The position numbers were made by a program, and so were the translations under genes. Source: Octopus vulgaris (lineage: Eukaryota). From it: DNA of 64,000 nucleotides. Location: contig OX597819.1 of the NCBI GenBank assembly GCA_951406725.2, positions 35,464,001 to 35,528,000 of the forward strand, given 5' to 3'. Of this stretch, positions 12,014-25,520 are shown in pieces (positions within the stretch are counted from its first letter, which is position 1; each line of letters opens with the position of its first letter). The notes under the pieces are model-generated. The model saw nothing but the letters and a program-made list of their open reading frames with translations. It made no database searches and had not been told where the DNA came from.

Positions 12014-12714
12014 AGTATTTGTACCAAGTTTCTGTTTTAAGGATAACTTTATTCTCTTCTCCAGCTGGTCTTGTTGGTTTTGAAAATTTTTTTACTCATA
12101 AGTGCTGTTGGGTTTTTTCTGACTAAGCAGTTGAAAAAAAATTGTAATGTGTTTTAAGGAAGTTTTTCTTGTACTTTCTGCACTGTATTCTACATATTGT
12201 AGAACATTTCAGAAAATATATTTAGAGCTTTTGATGAACATTTATTGATGTTGTCTGTCTTCCAAGTGTTAGCTTTTATTCTTTTTTATTATACAGTCTT
12301 GCTGTTTATTAAAAGTGTGTAAATTGCTTTATTCAGCTTTGGAAGAGATAAAAAACAACTGCAATATTGTTTTAATTTAAAAGGAAATTTCTGCCTATAA
12401 TCAAGACTTATCTACTTCATCATCATCATCTTCAAAATGTCTGCTTTACCATCCTTTCATGGGCCTGACAAAATTTGTCAATGTAAATTCTTTACTGCCA
12501 GATGCTCTTCTTTATTATCCATCCTCTCCTGCTACCAAGCAAGTTAACATTTTCCTCCAGATGCTTTGAAAACAAAACAACACAATAGCCAGACATGTTT
12601 TCAAGGAAGATTGCAAACAAACAACACCAGTTGTATGATGACGTTGTTGTTTATAATTAAAATATGATGTCAACATATGGAGAAGTGAACATACACATAC
12701 ATACATATGTGCTA

Positions 12715-13211
12715 TATATGACAGGTTTCTTTTAGTTTCCATCTACCAAGTCCTCTCACAAGGCTATCATCATCATCATTGTTCGACCGTGGTCAAGACA
12801 ATGGAATTTACTATGTTACCCCAGACTTCACGGTCCATCATAGCATTACGGAGGTCCTGTTGCTGGATGCCTGTATCCCTGGAAATTACATCAGGGTAAG
12901 AGAGTGTGCGCCCTCTGGTATCGCGAGCAGATGACTTCCAGAGGAGAAGAGTAGAAATTACCTCGTTTTCAGCTCTACAACAATGTCCAGCAAACTGGAC
13001 TCTTCTACCTTTCACAAGAGATGATACAGGTGGTAGTTTCCCATATATTTGTACTTTGGTTGGATGACGCTTCCACGAGAGATTTTGAGCTATCACAAGG
13101 CTGTGGTTGACCTGAAACTATTGCGGAAGACAGTTACTAAGGATGCCAAGTGTGGGATTGAACCTAAAGCTATGCTGTTGTTGTGAAGCAAACCTCTTAA
13201 CTACATAGCCT
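12715..13211 (-). mobile_element. Old family A SINE split by the RTE insertion
   Basis: TTTAGTTTCCATCTACCAAG..TCACAAGGCT on the left continues as GTGGTTGACCTGA...GGGATTGAACC...TTAACTACATAGCC on the right. Confidence 0.7.
12766..13092 (-). mobile_element. 5'-truncated RTE-clade LINE inserted in a family A SINE
   Basis: ORF end NLSWKRHPTKVQIYG...RRVQFAGHCCR...LLLW...MMDREVW...* with (TGA)n tail; 10-bp TSD TCACAAGGCT at 12756-12765 and 13093-13102. Confidence 0.9.
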
Positions 13212-14024
13212 AGAAAACAATATTTCCTTGAAGAAATACAATAAAAGTTAACAGTAACAGTAAAAATAACTCAATTGTTTGAGAATATTGACTAAAAGCT
13301 AAATGTCATGCCACCTGACTCCAGTTATACAATAAACTATAGTTTGAAAATGTTGAAGAAAGGGTTATTGTCCTTGTTGGTGTGAAGGGAGTTTGTTCAT
13401 TCACAAATAAGATAACTTTATTATTCAATTTGAAAAACGTTGAACTAATATCTTCAGGTCAAGCTTCATTGTAGTTTCATGACATCACATTTAATGTTGT
13501 TTGTTAGTTTTAATCACCGTATGTATGTATATATTTCATACTCTATGATGATGATAGTGATTATTATTACTATTTAATGTCTGTTCTCTATGCTGGCATT
13601 GGTTGGATGGCTTGATGGATCTGATGTGCTGAAGGACTGCAATGTGCTTTTATTTGTTTTGGTATGATTTTTAGATTTTCCTAATACCAACTATTTTACA
13701 GAGCGTAGTGTAAAATAGTACATTGTTTTTGTTGTAGCATCACTACTGAGGTCACTTTGCAACTGAAAAGAAGGACGGGAGATAGTGATCTCAGTCAACA
13801 TGATAAGAAAATTGAATAATAAAGTTTATTAGTCATCAAAGAATGGCAGTGAAGAGGGCAACATAGTAGTTTGTGAGTTTTGTTTGTGGTGGGATGATGT
13901 TAAACGACAGGGTGTGTATGAAAGCAGGATGAGGTGATTAGAGTGAATGAGGAGATGAGTGAAAGCGGGAAGTTGATCAAGAGGATGGCAGCAAATGGCT
14001 TAGCAAGATATATATATATATATA

Positions 14025-14186
14025 GGCACAGGAGTGGCTGCATGGTAAGTAGCTTGCTTACCAACCACATGGTTCTGGGTTCAGTCCCACTGCGTGGCAC
14101 CTTGGGCAAGTGTCGTCTACTATAGCCTCGGGCTGACCAAAGCCTTGTGAGTGGATTTGGTAGACGTAAACTGAAAGAAGCCCGTC

Positions 14187-14228
<42 letters not shown>

Positions 14229-14453
14229 GTGTGTGTGTGTGTGTGTATATGTTTGTGTGTTTGTGTTTGTCCCCCACAACATTGCTTGACAACCGATGCT
14301 GGTGTGTTTACATTCGGCAAAAGAGAACGATAGAATAAGTACTAGGCTTACAAATAATAAGTCCTGGGGTCGATTTACTCGACTAAAGGTGGTGCTCCAG
14401 CATGGCCGCAGTCAGAATGACTGAAACAAGTAAAAGAGTAAAGAGTAAGAGTA
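14025..14453 (+). mobile_element. Full-length SINE family A
   Basis: GGCACAGGAGTGGCTG head, B-box-like GGTTCAGTCCC, internal (TA)n(TG)n, tail GTAAAAGAGTAAAGAGTA. Confidence 0.92.
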
Positions 14454-14994
14454 TATACATATATGCATCAGAGGACTGAGATATGTGGTGCATTACTGTA
14501 CTTGAGAAAATTCACTCACCACAACAGAATCGAGATCTTAAAACCAAGGTGCCATGTAAAAAGCAGTGGTGTGAGTGCTGGTGTCGTGTAAAAAGTGCTG
14601 ATGATGGTGCCATGTAAAAGTCAACCAGTCCACTCTGTGGAGTAGCTGGTGTTAGGAAGGGAAAAGAAAATAACTTCTGGGATTTTGTATGCAAGTTAAC
14701 ATAGGTATGAGCTTTATGACCTTTGAAGAATTGTATAAAGGGTTTCACAAAAAAAAAAAAAAAAATGTGGTAAGCAATAACTTACTAGTAGCCTCGTTAC
14801 AAGTAACAAACATTATACATTGCTGAGTCAAATACATCTTCACAGTGTCTGTCTGTCTGTCTGTCTAATATATTGACCCATCATTGTATTCTTTTACTGG
14901 TTCCTGCCTGTTGGCATGTACCATACTGGGTTACTGGGTTATTACCTTCATGATATAATTTGTTAAAGAGTGGTTGTGGATCAGAGCATATCAC

Positions 14995-15471
14995 GCCATT
15001 GAAAATTCATGAAAGAAGTTTCGTGGGAATATGTGGATTTTACAAGCGGTCCCCAACAATCCCGCATGTAGAGACATCCTGTTTGCCACAGATTGTCTGC
15101 AGATACAGGGACAGAACAACCGAGGAGCCGCCGGTTGCCGAAACAGACACTCCAAGGATTTTCACCAGAGCCTCGTCTGCCGGGTTGTGGCCCTAATACC
15201 ACTCGGTGTCAGACCGATCCGCCTTCGGTGGCCCTACCAGGAACTGAAGTTCCTGACGGCATAGCTCTGACACTACCCGTTGCCAGCGTCCCCACCACAG
15301 TGAGGAGGGGATGGACTTTGGGGACGCCGATGGAACCGTGTCTGGCTCACTATCTCCAGTGAACTGGCGCAGGACCGTCGTGCGTGGGCTGCCATGGTTC
15401 GAGATGCCTCGAGGGTGGTAGAAGAAGCCGACTCAACCCGCCCAGGGTGAATGTCGCCACAAGTACAAATA
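14995..15471 (+). mobile_element. RTE-clade LINE insertion: inverted 5'-UTR segment plus forward 3' end
   Basis: 12-bp TSD AGAGCATATCAC (14983-14994, 15472-15483). The 3' part encodes RRWNRVWLTISSELAQDRRAWAAMVRDA...STRPG* with a CAAGTACAAATA tail. The minus strand near 15270-15208 reads GAGCTATGCCGT...TAGGGCCACCGAAGGCGGATCGGTC, like the BovB/RTE 5' UTR motif. Confidence 0.85.
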
Positions 15472-17122
15472 AGAGCATATCACATGTATTTTTAAAAAGT
15501 CTTTTGAGATTATCTGCTTATTGAAAGGAGGAGCATTGGTATGTTGTATTTATAGTGATTTTCGTTTGTAATTTTGCTTAGAAAGATATTTGAAACTGTA
15601 GGCTATTGGTGTACTTGAACTTCAATAAATCTTTAATGGTGGCTCAAAATTACAAACTAAATTTTAATAGGTATCTGTTTTAAAAAAAAAATATTTAAAA
15701 AGATTTTGTATGATACACTGTTTATTTTTTAATAAATTGTCATCAAAAATTGATGAATTTATTTCTGATGTTATATCTTTTTTTTTTTTTTAAAGAATAA
15801 TTCAAGCATTTAGAAGACCATTTAAAAAAGAAATGACATTTTGAATAAATGTATTTGTTGTAGATCCTAGTACTATCACAAAATACAGACTGTACTATTC
15901 ATAAAGAAAAGAAAAACTAAAAATTTATTGCTATTTGTGACTGATAAGTATAGTAAAAAGAACAGGTCATGGTACTGTATGAAAAATGTGATCTTGCTAA
16001 TGTTTCAGATATGTAAAAGAAATTAGTAGAAGTTCTTGTCATATGACCTGAGAAGAATGAGTGAAAGATTACATGATAAGTTTCCTTATCGTATAAATGT
16101 TACATTTATAAACCTTTGAGAAGGCTTTCGTGACTGTATGTGGGGCAGGTCTCTGAATACATAGGAAAAATTCGAAATGTTGTATTGATAATAACTTGTA
16201 ATATGATACGTTTTTTCCTATTCCTTTTTTATTTTTTTTAATTTTTAGATGGGAGACGTAGTAATTGTAAAAATAAATGGAGGGACAAAGTGGTCTTGTT
16301 TTTCTTTGTTTGAAATGAGGAAGAAAAAGAAGAGTCGTAAATTTGTGTTTATAGCTTTTTTTTTTTGCAACGTATTATGTTGTTGTACATAACATTGACA
16401 TTCAAACCTGAGACACTGCCCTATCCAATGAGTCAGCTTCTAAGATTTGTCTGTTGGAAATGTGACCAATGCAGTTTAAAAGAAAATGTCAAGTACATGG
16501 TTGGATGACATGTAAAAATAGTGGAAGTTAGTATTTCCATTTGTGAATTTACTAATAGTTGCATTTTGTTTATGAGCTATAGTTCAGAGTTTTAATTAAA
16601 TTTAAATCATAAGTAAGTTGATATCTTTAAGGAGATAGATAAAAAAAAAAAGATTTTTTTTTTTACTGTCTTATATAGTTGTTTTTCTTCTAAATGTTCT
16701 CCTTTTGCAAAAGAGCATTTATTTCCAGCATGCTCATACTTTTAATTACTTCTTTATTGGGCAGATACACCCAAAAATGTAAATCTCACAAAGGACAGTA
16801 GGCTTACTTCAATGCCGTATCTTGTATATAATCCTAGACATGGGAGAATATGTAAAATGATGAGGATGGTCTGATGCTGTCTCTTAACTCACCAATTCTA
16901 GTGACTATGATACTTATGAAATAAATCCTTATAGTCTTTATTTATGAGTGAACTAAACCAGTAAGAGTTGACTTTGTCATGTGGATACTACAGCAGCAGT
17001 GACTGAGAATGTATACTGTTGTACTTTCTACTAGTAGGCTAACAACACCTTCTCAATTGTTGACCCTTTTGTAGTAGGGAACTATTCTCCATTAGTTATT
17101 AAGTATGTCTTTAATTTAATTG

Positions 17123-17346
17123 TGGCCTCCGTGCCGGTGGCACCTAAAAAACGCCATCCGATCGTGGCCGTTTGCCAGCCTCGTCTGGCACCTGTGCCAG
17201 TGGCACATAAAAAGCATCCACTACACTCTCGGAGTGGTTGGAGTTAGGGAGGGCATCCAGCCATAGATCAAACTGGGCCTGGTGCAGCCTTCTGGCTTCC
17301 CAGACACCAGTTGAACTGTCCAACCCATGGAAAGCAGACGCTAAAC

Positions 17347-17376
<30 letters not shown>
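17123..17376 (+). mobile_element. Non-autonomous retroelement family C with (GAT)n tail
   Basis: GTGCCGGTGGCAC.TAAAAA units, CTACACTCTCGGAGTGGTTGG..TTAGG.AGGGCATCCAGC, CCAACCCATG, AAACGATGATGAT. Confidence 0.85.
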
Positions 17377-17377
<1 letters not shown>

Positions 17378-19409
17378 AACATGAAAGCATATTGACATTT
17401 GCATTTTAATGTATTCTACAATTAAATTAAAGACAAATTATTCTTAACTTATGGAAGAATAGTTCCCGGCCACATTAGTAAACTAAATCTAGTAGTAGGC
17501 TACCAGCACTTTCTCAATTTCTTCTGATAGGCTTGTGACACCTCACCTGCCAGTCCTATCAGTAAGCTAATGACACCAAAGCTTGTTCATGCATGGCTTC
17601 TTTGTTATGTTTATAAAGGTCAAGTTATTAAAAAATGAACTAAATTTGGAAAGTGAATTATTTCAGTACTTTCCTTTTACAAGCAACATAAAAAAAAAGA
17701 CATTAAATTTTAGGAATTAATTACTATATTCACTCAACATTGAATATATATATATGTATGTATTCTTCAATCTTATAGGGTATAAGGTAATCCCACTAGA
17801 GCTGATGCCACATAAAATGCAGTCTCTATACTTTGCAAAGAGGTTGGTGAACGAACAAGGATGATGTGGGGTTGAGAGGATCATCACAGGCATTGCTGGA
17901 GGAGATATGACAAGGCATCTTGTCTGACATTTTAATAATCTGCCCCCACCCCTCTCAGTTTGGATTGGTACTTTTTAATCAACCTTGAAAAGATGAAAAG
18001 CAAATTTGAACTTAAGCATAGAGAGTTGGTAGAAATAGTGGGGCATTTTATTCATCATACAAACAACTCTGCAAATTCACCATTTAGGTTCACCTTGGGC
18101 CACATGAATACACTATCACTGTCATCACTACTACCACTGCCACCAATATTAAAATTATATACTCAGTGCTATCATAATTGCTATAGAATATCTTAATTTA
18201 TATTTAGTTCTCTAAGTGCAACCTTTGAAAAACCAAGTGGGACAATTACTTTATATCTGAATCTTGAAAATTAAGTTAATTTCTTTGCTGATATATTTAT
18301 TTTCTGCGATTTTATATTATTGTGATTAATTTTTTTTTAATTCCATAATTACATGCTACATAATAACCACAAATTATCTGAAGTTATACAGGGTGTATTA
18401 CAAATTGCTTTAATTCACTTTAAAATGAAATGTTGGAGCAAGCTAATTAACCAGTCATTTTAATAAGAAACTTTAATCTCAATACTTGAATAATAGGAAG
18501 AATTCAGTTTATATCATTATTGCTTGCTGAATTGTTTTCCGATAAAGATATTTGTTTCACTCTTTTTTGTAATATATTTTTTGCTTTATTTTTTGACATT
18601 TTACATCCATTTTTTTTTTTCTTTTAATATAGGAAGAGATGGTTTTTACAAATGTATTTGCATGTCTTCTGAGTAATTGTGCTTTATGGCTGGGTGCTCT
18701 TCTTGTTGCCATGTAGTTATACTGACGAGTAAAATCATGTGTTTTGGTCAGTACCACAACAGAATGAGTGAGGAGCTAGCAAAGTTGCTTTTATACAGTC
18801 ATCAGATCCACTACAAATATAACTCAGCTCTCTTGAACCACACCCTACCAACTTAGAAAAGAACATCTTGGCTAAAATGGTCTGAAGTGGGAGTAAGTGC
18901 TTTGTGTCCAGTGAAAAGATTGAATGATTATGGCTGGAATTACCCTTGATCATTGCTCTACTCATCCAGGGCTGAACTTGAGCGACATAATGGTTGAAAC
19001 GAGATTTCAATATTTGACCCTGTGGTCAATAGTTCAGTGAAGGTGCATGGCCTAATGGTTAGAATGTTCATGATTATCAACTTATGGGTTCAATTCCTGG
19101 GCTTGATGGCATGTTGCATCTCTGAGTGAAGCACTTTGTTCCATATTGCTTTAAGGTCACCAAACTCCTCAGCTGAGTGGAGATATAGAAATATTTAGGA
19201 TAAAAAGGGACTTCATGATATAAAATATGATTTGTAACCCAATTTTATAATTAATTTAGTTGTCTTGCCACACATGCCAGTATGCATAGAAAAAATGTTG
19301 TTGCATATGACATCAACTCTTTCAAAGCAGAGACTTTGGAAGGTAAAATTTCTTACAAAGCAATCTATTACTAGAAATGGTATGGAAACTACTACATGAA
19401 AGATTGGTA

Positions 19410-19543
19410 AAGAATTTATTAAGGACTTGGAAGACACTAAGATACTTAGTAAAATTGATTAAGAACTTGCAAGACATAACGATATTTAGTAAGTAAAAAG
19501 AGTTTAGTAAGTGAAAGATGTTTAGTAAGTAAAAGATACTTAG
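19410..19543. repeat. Degenerate short tandem duplications (~39-bp pair, then ~18-bp units)
   Basis: GACTTGGAAGACACTAAGATACTTAGTAA / AACTTGCAAGACATAACGATATTTAGTAA, then TTTAGTAAGTRAAAGA repeats. Confidence 0.7.
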
Positions 19544-20198
19544 AAAGAATTTTAAAAAATTGTTTCTGTTTCAAGGGGAGTTGAAGAAAACGGGGACTAA
19601 TTTTGTGGTTTTTGTATAAAAGTAAGTTTATACATATTTTATGTACACAGGTAAATGCAATTATAGTTATGATTAATAGTGTATAAATATTGATTTCAAA
19701 AAAATCCCTTGGGTAGAAAAAAGGTGAAGAGTATAGAGTAGTTTTATCTACTTTCAGTTAAAAAAAAAAATGATTTATTTCATGCCTTTCAAAGTTTCTA
19801 AATTCTTATGATGTAAACAATTATAGTTTGTAACACATTGAATGGTTTCTTTGTTTTAGAACATAATTTATTGTTACATTAACAGAGAAGGTGTTAATAC
19901 AATAGAAGCATAGAAATATTCAGATGAAACAACATATATGACACATGCAGAAAGCCTTTGTTAGAAATTCAACATTTGGGCTAATTTCTACACATCAATG
20001 CATATTCACGGTCCTGTGGGTGTCTTCTTCGATCATTCCAGATTGAATATGTAGCTGTGAAAACAACTATGAAGAGAGTGAATGCCAATGGATAAAAAGG
20101 ATCGCTCTGAAATTGGTGAGAGTGGAGAATGTCACGGCAGCTCAGATGTCTCAACACTGTCAAATTGGTGGCAAATTTGGCTGTATTTATAGACAGTA

Positions 20199-20394
20199 TA
20201 CTCTTTTACTTGTATCAGTCATTTGACTGCGGCCATGCTGGAGCACCGCCTTTAATCGGCAACGCGATCCCGAGGCTTATTCTTTTGTAAGCCCAGTATT
20301 CTATCGGTCTCTTTTGCCGAACCGCTAAGTAACTGGGACATAAACACACCAGCATCGGTTGTCAAGCAATGCTAGGGGGACAAACACATACACA

Positions 20395-20440
<46 letters not shown>

Positions 20441-20604
20441 TACGACGGGCTTCTTTCAGTTTCCGTCCACCAAATCCACTCACAAGGCTTTGGTCGGCCC
20501 AAGGCTATAGTAGAAGGCACTTGCCCAAGGTGCCACGCAGTGTTACTGAACCCGGAACCATGTGGTTGGTAAGCAAGCTACTTACCACACAGCCACTCCT
20601 ACGC
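20199..20604 (-). mobile_element. Full-length SINE family A
   Basis: Reverse complement of the 14025-14453 family. Confidence 0.92.
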
Positions 20605-21526
20605 AGAGGAAGATGAAATTGCTGTTGTTTAGTTCCATGTTGGTTCTGATTGAGCACACTTAGGATCAAAGGCAGTCCAGCCAAGACCATCCCATATTTT
20701 TTCCAGACATCATGTATTTTGAACTTCAATCATGCCATCCAGTGTGTCTTATTTAAAATGGTACATTGTGGTTTGAGATAAATTTGACTTCTATTTTTAG
20801 TAGATTAAGAGGCCAAATAGAAGCTCCCTCATTATCTCAAATTATTTTAAAGTCCTTGTTACATAAAATAGTCACTAGTTCTTGGTTTGAAAGCCATCTT
20901 TGTTCTCTAGTTTCTCAAAGTTATGAACTTTGTAACTACTGTTTGTGTAGACTATCTTCATACAATAGCTACTAAGTGTATATGATCTCATTCACCTCAT
21001 TCACACTGGTGCATTTGTAAAATATTAATAATATGATCATAATAGTAAAAATTAAATGTTCTCAATTAATTGTGTAATCTATTCATTTATTATATATTTT
21101 TCATGTTTCCTGTATCTTAAAACCATGTTTTAATTATTATTAATTACCACGTGAGCTATGTATTGGAGAACTTATTAATCTCCTTTCCCATAGTGAAAGA
21201 TTTCAGTGTTTCCCAGCAGACAATGTCAAGTGTCTGAATCTGCAAATGTTCTTTTGTCTTTTTTTTGTTTTCTATTTGTGCAAGTTTTCTCTTCATTCAT
21301 AATGCAAAAGAAATCAACTGGTGTTATTAATAAAAAAAATTCTGTTGTAGCAGAAACCCTTATTGTGTTGGAGATGTGTGAGATAATTTAGCTTAGAATA
21401 TCAGAAAAAAAATGTTTTTGTTTTCAGCTCTTTACATTTTGAGTTCAATTCATACTGAAGTCAACATCACCTTTCATGCATCTGGGGTTGATAAAGTACC
21501 AATCAGATACTGGGATTGATAGCATC

Positions 21527-21825
21527 AACTAATCCCCCTCCCCTCATAATTGCTGGCCTTGTGTCTGTTAGAAATAATAATAACAATAATAATGATGATG
21601 ATGATGATGATGATGATAACAACAATTGAAATTTTGGTACAAGGCCAACAGTTTTTGAGGGTCGGGGAAATTGATTTCATTGACCCCAGCACTTGATTGG
21701 TATCTATTTTGTCAACACTGAAAGGATTGAAATGCAAAGTTGACCATAGCCGAATTTGAATTAAGAACATAAAGATGGAGAGAATGCTGTTAAGCATTTT
21801 TCCAGTGTGCCAACCATTCTGCCAA
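21527..21825 (-). mobile_element. Old family B-related SINE fragments
   Basis: TTGACCCCAGCACTTGATTGGTA...AAAGGATTGAAATGCAAAGTTGACC...CATTCTGCCA; similar old copies at 22375-22588, 24338-24545, 38050-38260, 44550-44765 and 59585-60070. Confidence 0.7.
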
Positions 21826-21847
21826 TAATAATAATAATAATAATAAA

Positions 21848-22335
21848 TGCCCTGATGCAATACCAGGCAGTGGCTCCCATGGCTTCTGATCTTAACTGAT
21901 TGGAAGTGTTATCATGTACATTGTTTTGTCTTAGTATAATTGACGAGCCCCAGTAAATATTCTGCTCAATATTACAGTTGTTTGACCATAACCATTTGAG
22001 CATGTCCCTTGGTGACTGACAATATGTGCATCTCTGATCACGAGCAGAAGTAGTTGGGGAGCATCATAGCTATATATTGAGAGGAATTCTTTGGGATTTG
22101 AATTAACCTCTGGCAACATAGGTGTTTTGTTCATCATCCATAAACAAACCTTATTCAGGGACCTTTTCAGCAGGATGGGCTACTCAGCCTGAAGAAAATT
22201 CTAACTGGGCTCCACCTGCAAGGTCATGCACTGTTTATCTTGATATAAAATCACCATGTTGCGCACATGTAGTTGTGATGCATGTGCCTATTGTACTCCA
22301 GTGTCATTTTGATGACATGTGCTGCTGTCTCACTC
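21848..22335. mobile_element. ~490-bp unclassified element embedded in an (AAT)n microsatellite
   Basis: Higher-complexity block bounded on both sides by (AAT)n; no TIRs or coding motif recognised. Confidence 0.5.
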
Positions 22336-22370
<35 letters not shown>

Positions 22371-23078
22371 TAATCTTTTCTACTATAGGCTCAAGCCCTG
22401 AAATTTTGAGGAAGGTGTAAGTCAATTACATCGACCCCAGTGCTCAACTGGTACTTATTTTTTTCAACCCCAAAAGGATGAAAGGCAAAGTTGACCTTGG
22501 TGGAATTTGAACTCAGAATCTAAAGACGGATGAAATGCTGCTAAGGCTTTTACCCTGTGTGCTAATAATTCTGCCAGCTTGCCACCTTAATAATAATAAT
22601 AATAATAATTTTAAGACAAACATAATTTTCGTATGGTTTTTTAGGCATTCACTAGTACAACACAAAGTACAAAACCAAATATATGGCACCCTAGGCATAA
22701 CACCAACACAAACTTCCAACTGTTGTCTCTTGAGGTCTCTGGGTGAGACTTGGGGCCAGCTTGTGCAAATGTAAAGCAAAAGTCAAACATGGAATAATAA
22801 TAATAATAACTTATTGTTGTTGTTTTAGCTTTATAGAAACCCTTAGTATAAAGTAAAAAGAAAATTATGTCAAAATGAAATAAATGGCAGCTGCCTGTGT
22901 GATAATATGTAAAACTTTGTAGTTTTATAGAATCCTGATAAGTCAGAACTGTGCCGAACCAAAATTGAAACTGGAATTGAGCAGGTATTGATTCGGTTGA
23001 TTATTGGCATCATGAATTTGCGAAATATTACATTGACCTAAGTAATTCTTAAAACTTGTACTTTAGCAAGTAAGTGTG

Positions 23079-23116
<38 letters not shown>

Positions 23117-23339
23117 CTAAAAGTTTGTAGATTCTAGCTCTTGCAATAAGATGGTGAAGGTGAAAAAAAGATTCAACCTTCTTTCACTGTTATTTGATAC
23201 ACAATAAGAAATAGATCCAGTGACATTTACTTTTGTGAATGTTATGGAAACCATTTTTAATGCATCATACAGGCTGTTGTTTTATTTTTACACTTATTGG
23301 CAAACAGACAATAGCTGAGTTCTTTTCCCTTGAGAGCTG

Positions 23340-23378
<39 letters not shown>

Positions 23379-23929
23379 CATCACCATCATCACCATCATC
23401 ATCATCATCTATTTATTTATTTCATTTGTTGTTTGTGATGGGAGAGAAAATGTATGAATTCTTTATAATATATATAGCTAATTATTACATTAGAGAACTA
23501 CACTAGTGTGTAAATAGATAATACTAGATAAATAGAATAAAGCTCTGTGAAAGTGAGTGGTGGTAGTGAGGTAGTAGTAGTAGGAAGAGGAGGTTGTCCA
23601 TCAGTATCATTGATGACTGTCACCACATGTATAATCACAAATCATGGTTCGAAAATTGCCCAGTTTCTCTGCTCCATAGGTTCCTGCTGTGGGTTGCTGC
23701 AGGTGTCAGTGTTCTGGCTCAACTTGTAGAGACAGATTTAAGTAGGAAACAGTCAAAGTTGATGAGAAAACGTTGGCTAATATGATAAAATATAACACAA
23801 GACTGACCCTTACAGATATGCTGTATTTTCACTCTTGACCAACGCCAATATAGATGGTGGGTGGGTTGGGGGCAAAAAACTCTCGAGCAAACAGGCATTG
23901 ATGAATAATATATTTCTGCATGTGTACAT

Positions 23930-24267
23930 GCTGAGACGCCCTTCGATCATGACTGACCATGGGATTGCAACTAGAAAATTACCGTCCCAGGCACAAGTCC
24001 GGACAAGGTTGTTTATGGAAGACCAGCAGTCGCCCATGCATACTGGCCTCCCCTCTCCACACCACCAGTCTTATCCAAGGGAAAGGCAAAGGCCAATACA
24101 GCTTGGCACCTGTGACATCGCAACTCATTTCTACAGCTGAGTTCACTGGAGCAATGTGAAATAAAGTGTCTTGCTCAAGAACAAAACATGCAGCCCGGTC
24201 TGGGATTCGAACTCACAGCCTCATGATCATAAGCTCGATTCTGTAACCACTGAGCCATGCGCCTTCA
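23930..24267 (-). mobile_element. tRNA-derived SINE family D
   Basis: Minus: TGAAGGCGCATGGCTCAGTGGTTA (A-box), GAGTTCGAATCCC (B-box), TCTTGAGCAAGACACT; 11-bp TSD CATGTGTACAT (23919-23929, 24268-24278). Confidence 0.9.
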
Positions 24268-25109
24268 CATGTGTACATACACACACATATATAACAATTG
24301 TATATATTTTTTTATTTCTTAATATTTCATATTGGATAAGGCGATGAGCTGGCAGAATTGTTAGCACACCGGGCAAAATGCTTAGCAGCTTTTAATCCAC
24401 CTTAACATTCTGAGTTCAAATTCTGCCGATGTCACCTTTGCCCTTCATCCTTTCAGGGTTGATAAAATAAGTGCCAGTTGTACATTGAGGTTGATGTAGT
24501 CAACTGAACCAACCCCTAAAATTTTGTACCAGAATTTGAAATCAATATTTCATATCAGATGCGTGTATATTTGCATTATCAGCAGATTGGATTGCCTTTG
24601 TGTTTTTAAATATAGGATAGTAGGGAATGGTTGATAAGATAGATATATAGAGTTAGTATGCCAGAGTTAATGAGATGTATAGCGTTAGTGGGACTGTTCA
24701 GCTAAGTAGGTAGGTAGGGTTAGTGTAGCACAGTTGATAAGTGAATTTTCTATGCGCAATGCTTGTCTATGTTATGTTCTACTCCCGCAGATCTTGTTCA
24801 TCATTATATGGGTTGCTAAAATAAAAACTGAGTTAAACATTAATGCAGTATAGATCATGTGGACTAGCTTTGGCTTACAGCCAGATTAGATAGAAAATAC
24901 TGGTCTTTTTCAAAAGTTTATCAAGAAATAGTAGGGCATGTGGAAAGTCTAGTTTGGTACGTCATCTAAAAGCACGAGATAATGCTTGAGATAGAAGATA
25001 TGTTTTTATGTTTATTTTTCGTATTTTTTTTATCTTTGGTATTAAGCTTAAAGCCAAATTGTATATAATAGATAGGACACATTTTATTATCATGTTTTTT
25101 TTTTTATGC

Positions 25110-25520
25110 TGGAGAGATTTACTGTCTTTCACTGAAGTTCTTATTGGAAGCCATATTATTGCTCTTGATGTCAGTAAAACTTTCAACCATGTCTGAAATG
25201 TGAACCTCCTGTCAAAATCGCCTGCCTGTGGGCTCCAGTCTGAAGACAACTTCCTCCCTTCAGTTCAGAAGCCTTGAAAAGTTACTTATAACACACTGTG
25301 TTCATACAACTACTACAATGGCATGTACTCCTTAATGTAGGCTGGTGCTGTGCTACAATCCTTTGAATTTATATTTTTCTCTTCATTACTCCTGTTGTGT
25401 CTCTTCTCATCAGCCCCACACTACTCTTCCCAGTCCTTTGGAGTTCACTTCACTGCATATCTTTTTCCTGCAGTTGTTGACTTGCAACATTTTCTGTGTA
25501 ATAGTCTCATTCGTCTTGAA
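25110..25520 (+). mobile_element. Decayed, internally deleted CR1/Jockey-like LINE remnant
   Basis: SHIIALDVSKTFNHV*NVNLLSKSPACGL resembles RT motif ALDISKAFD.V.H..LL.KL..YG; followed closely by C-terminal-like HYSSQSF...FPAVVDLQHF. Confidence 0.65.
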
